From NCBI GenBank assembly GCA_046759445.1, contig JBHICG010000072.1, positions 1 to 16,839 of the forward strand: DNA of 16,839 nucleotides. Direction: 5' to 3'. The notes beneath the pieces were generated by a model. It was given only the letters and a program-made list of their open reading frames with translations. It was not told the origin of the DNA and ran no database searches. Source of the DNA: Candidatus Scalinduaceae bacterium (lineage in GTDB: Bacteria > Planctomycetota > Brocadiia > Brocadiales > Scalinduaceae). The position numbers and the translations under genes are program-made. Below are positions 16,779-16,839 of this stretch, piece by piece; the stretch's first letter is position 1, and every line of letters starts with the position of its first letter.

Positions 16779-16839
16779 CTATTCAATAATCTTAGTAACA
16801 ACACCTGCTCCTACCGTCTTTCCTCCCTCTCTTATCGCA
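16779..16839 (-). CDS. tuf: Elongation factor Tu, C-terminal end (partial; gene continues beyond the window)
   Basis: Manual translation gives ...AIREGGKTVGAGVVTKIIE-stop (TAG 16779-16781), the conserved EF-Tu C-terminal signature. Confidence 0.95.
   Translation of the reverse strand, partial: AIREGGKTVGAGVVTKIIE

Noticed and set aside
1..16839. CRISPR arrays, tRNA/rRNA genes, transposases, inteins or programmed frameshifts
   Set aside because: No regularly spaced repeats or cloverleaf-like spacers were seen. All genes are intact and of expected size, and the L17 insertion is far too short and lacks intein motifs.

Overview
This AT-rich bacterial window holds the complete S10-spc-alpha ribosomal protein superoperon on the minus strand. 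In transcription order: 3' end of tuf, rpsJ-rplC-rplD-rplW-rplB-rpsS-rplV-rpsC-rplP-rpmC-rpsQ-rplN-rplX-rplE-rpsZ(N)-rpsH-rplF-rplR-rpsE-rplO-secY-adk-map-infA-rpmJ-rpsM-[methyltransferase]-rpsK-rpsD-rpoA-rplQ. rpmJ and the tuf fragment are missing from the ORF track and were translated by hand. The MRIRW N-terminus of RpoA, the absence of rpmD and the long L17 suggest Planctomycetota, possibly an anammox (Ca. Brocadiia) lineage; this is inference, not a database result. Most of the window is ordinary housekeeping DNA. The main anomaly is an intact 275-aa class I SAM-dependent methyltransferase (Methyltransf_32-like) with a non-canonical motif I, inserted between the normally adjacent rpsM and rpsK. 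Secondary points are an L17 with a ~32-aa internal insertion, a divergent four-Cys L24, a degenerate motif shared by two spacers, and short hairpins in expanded spacers. No mobile element, CRISPR array or RNA gene is supported.
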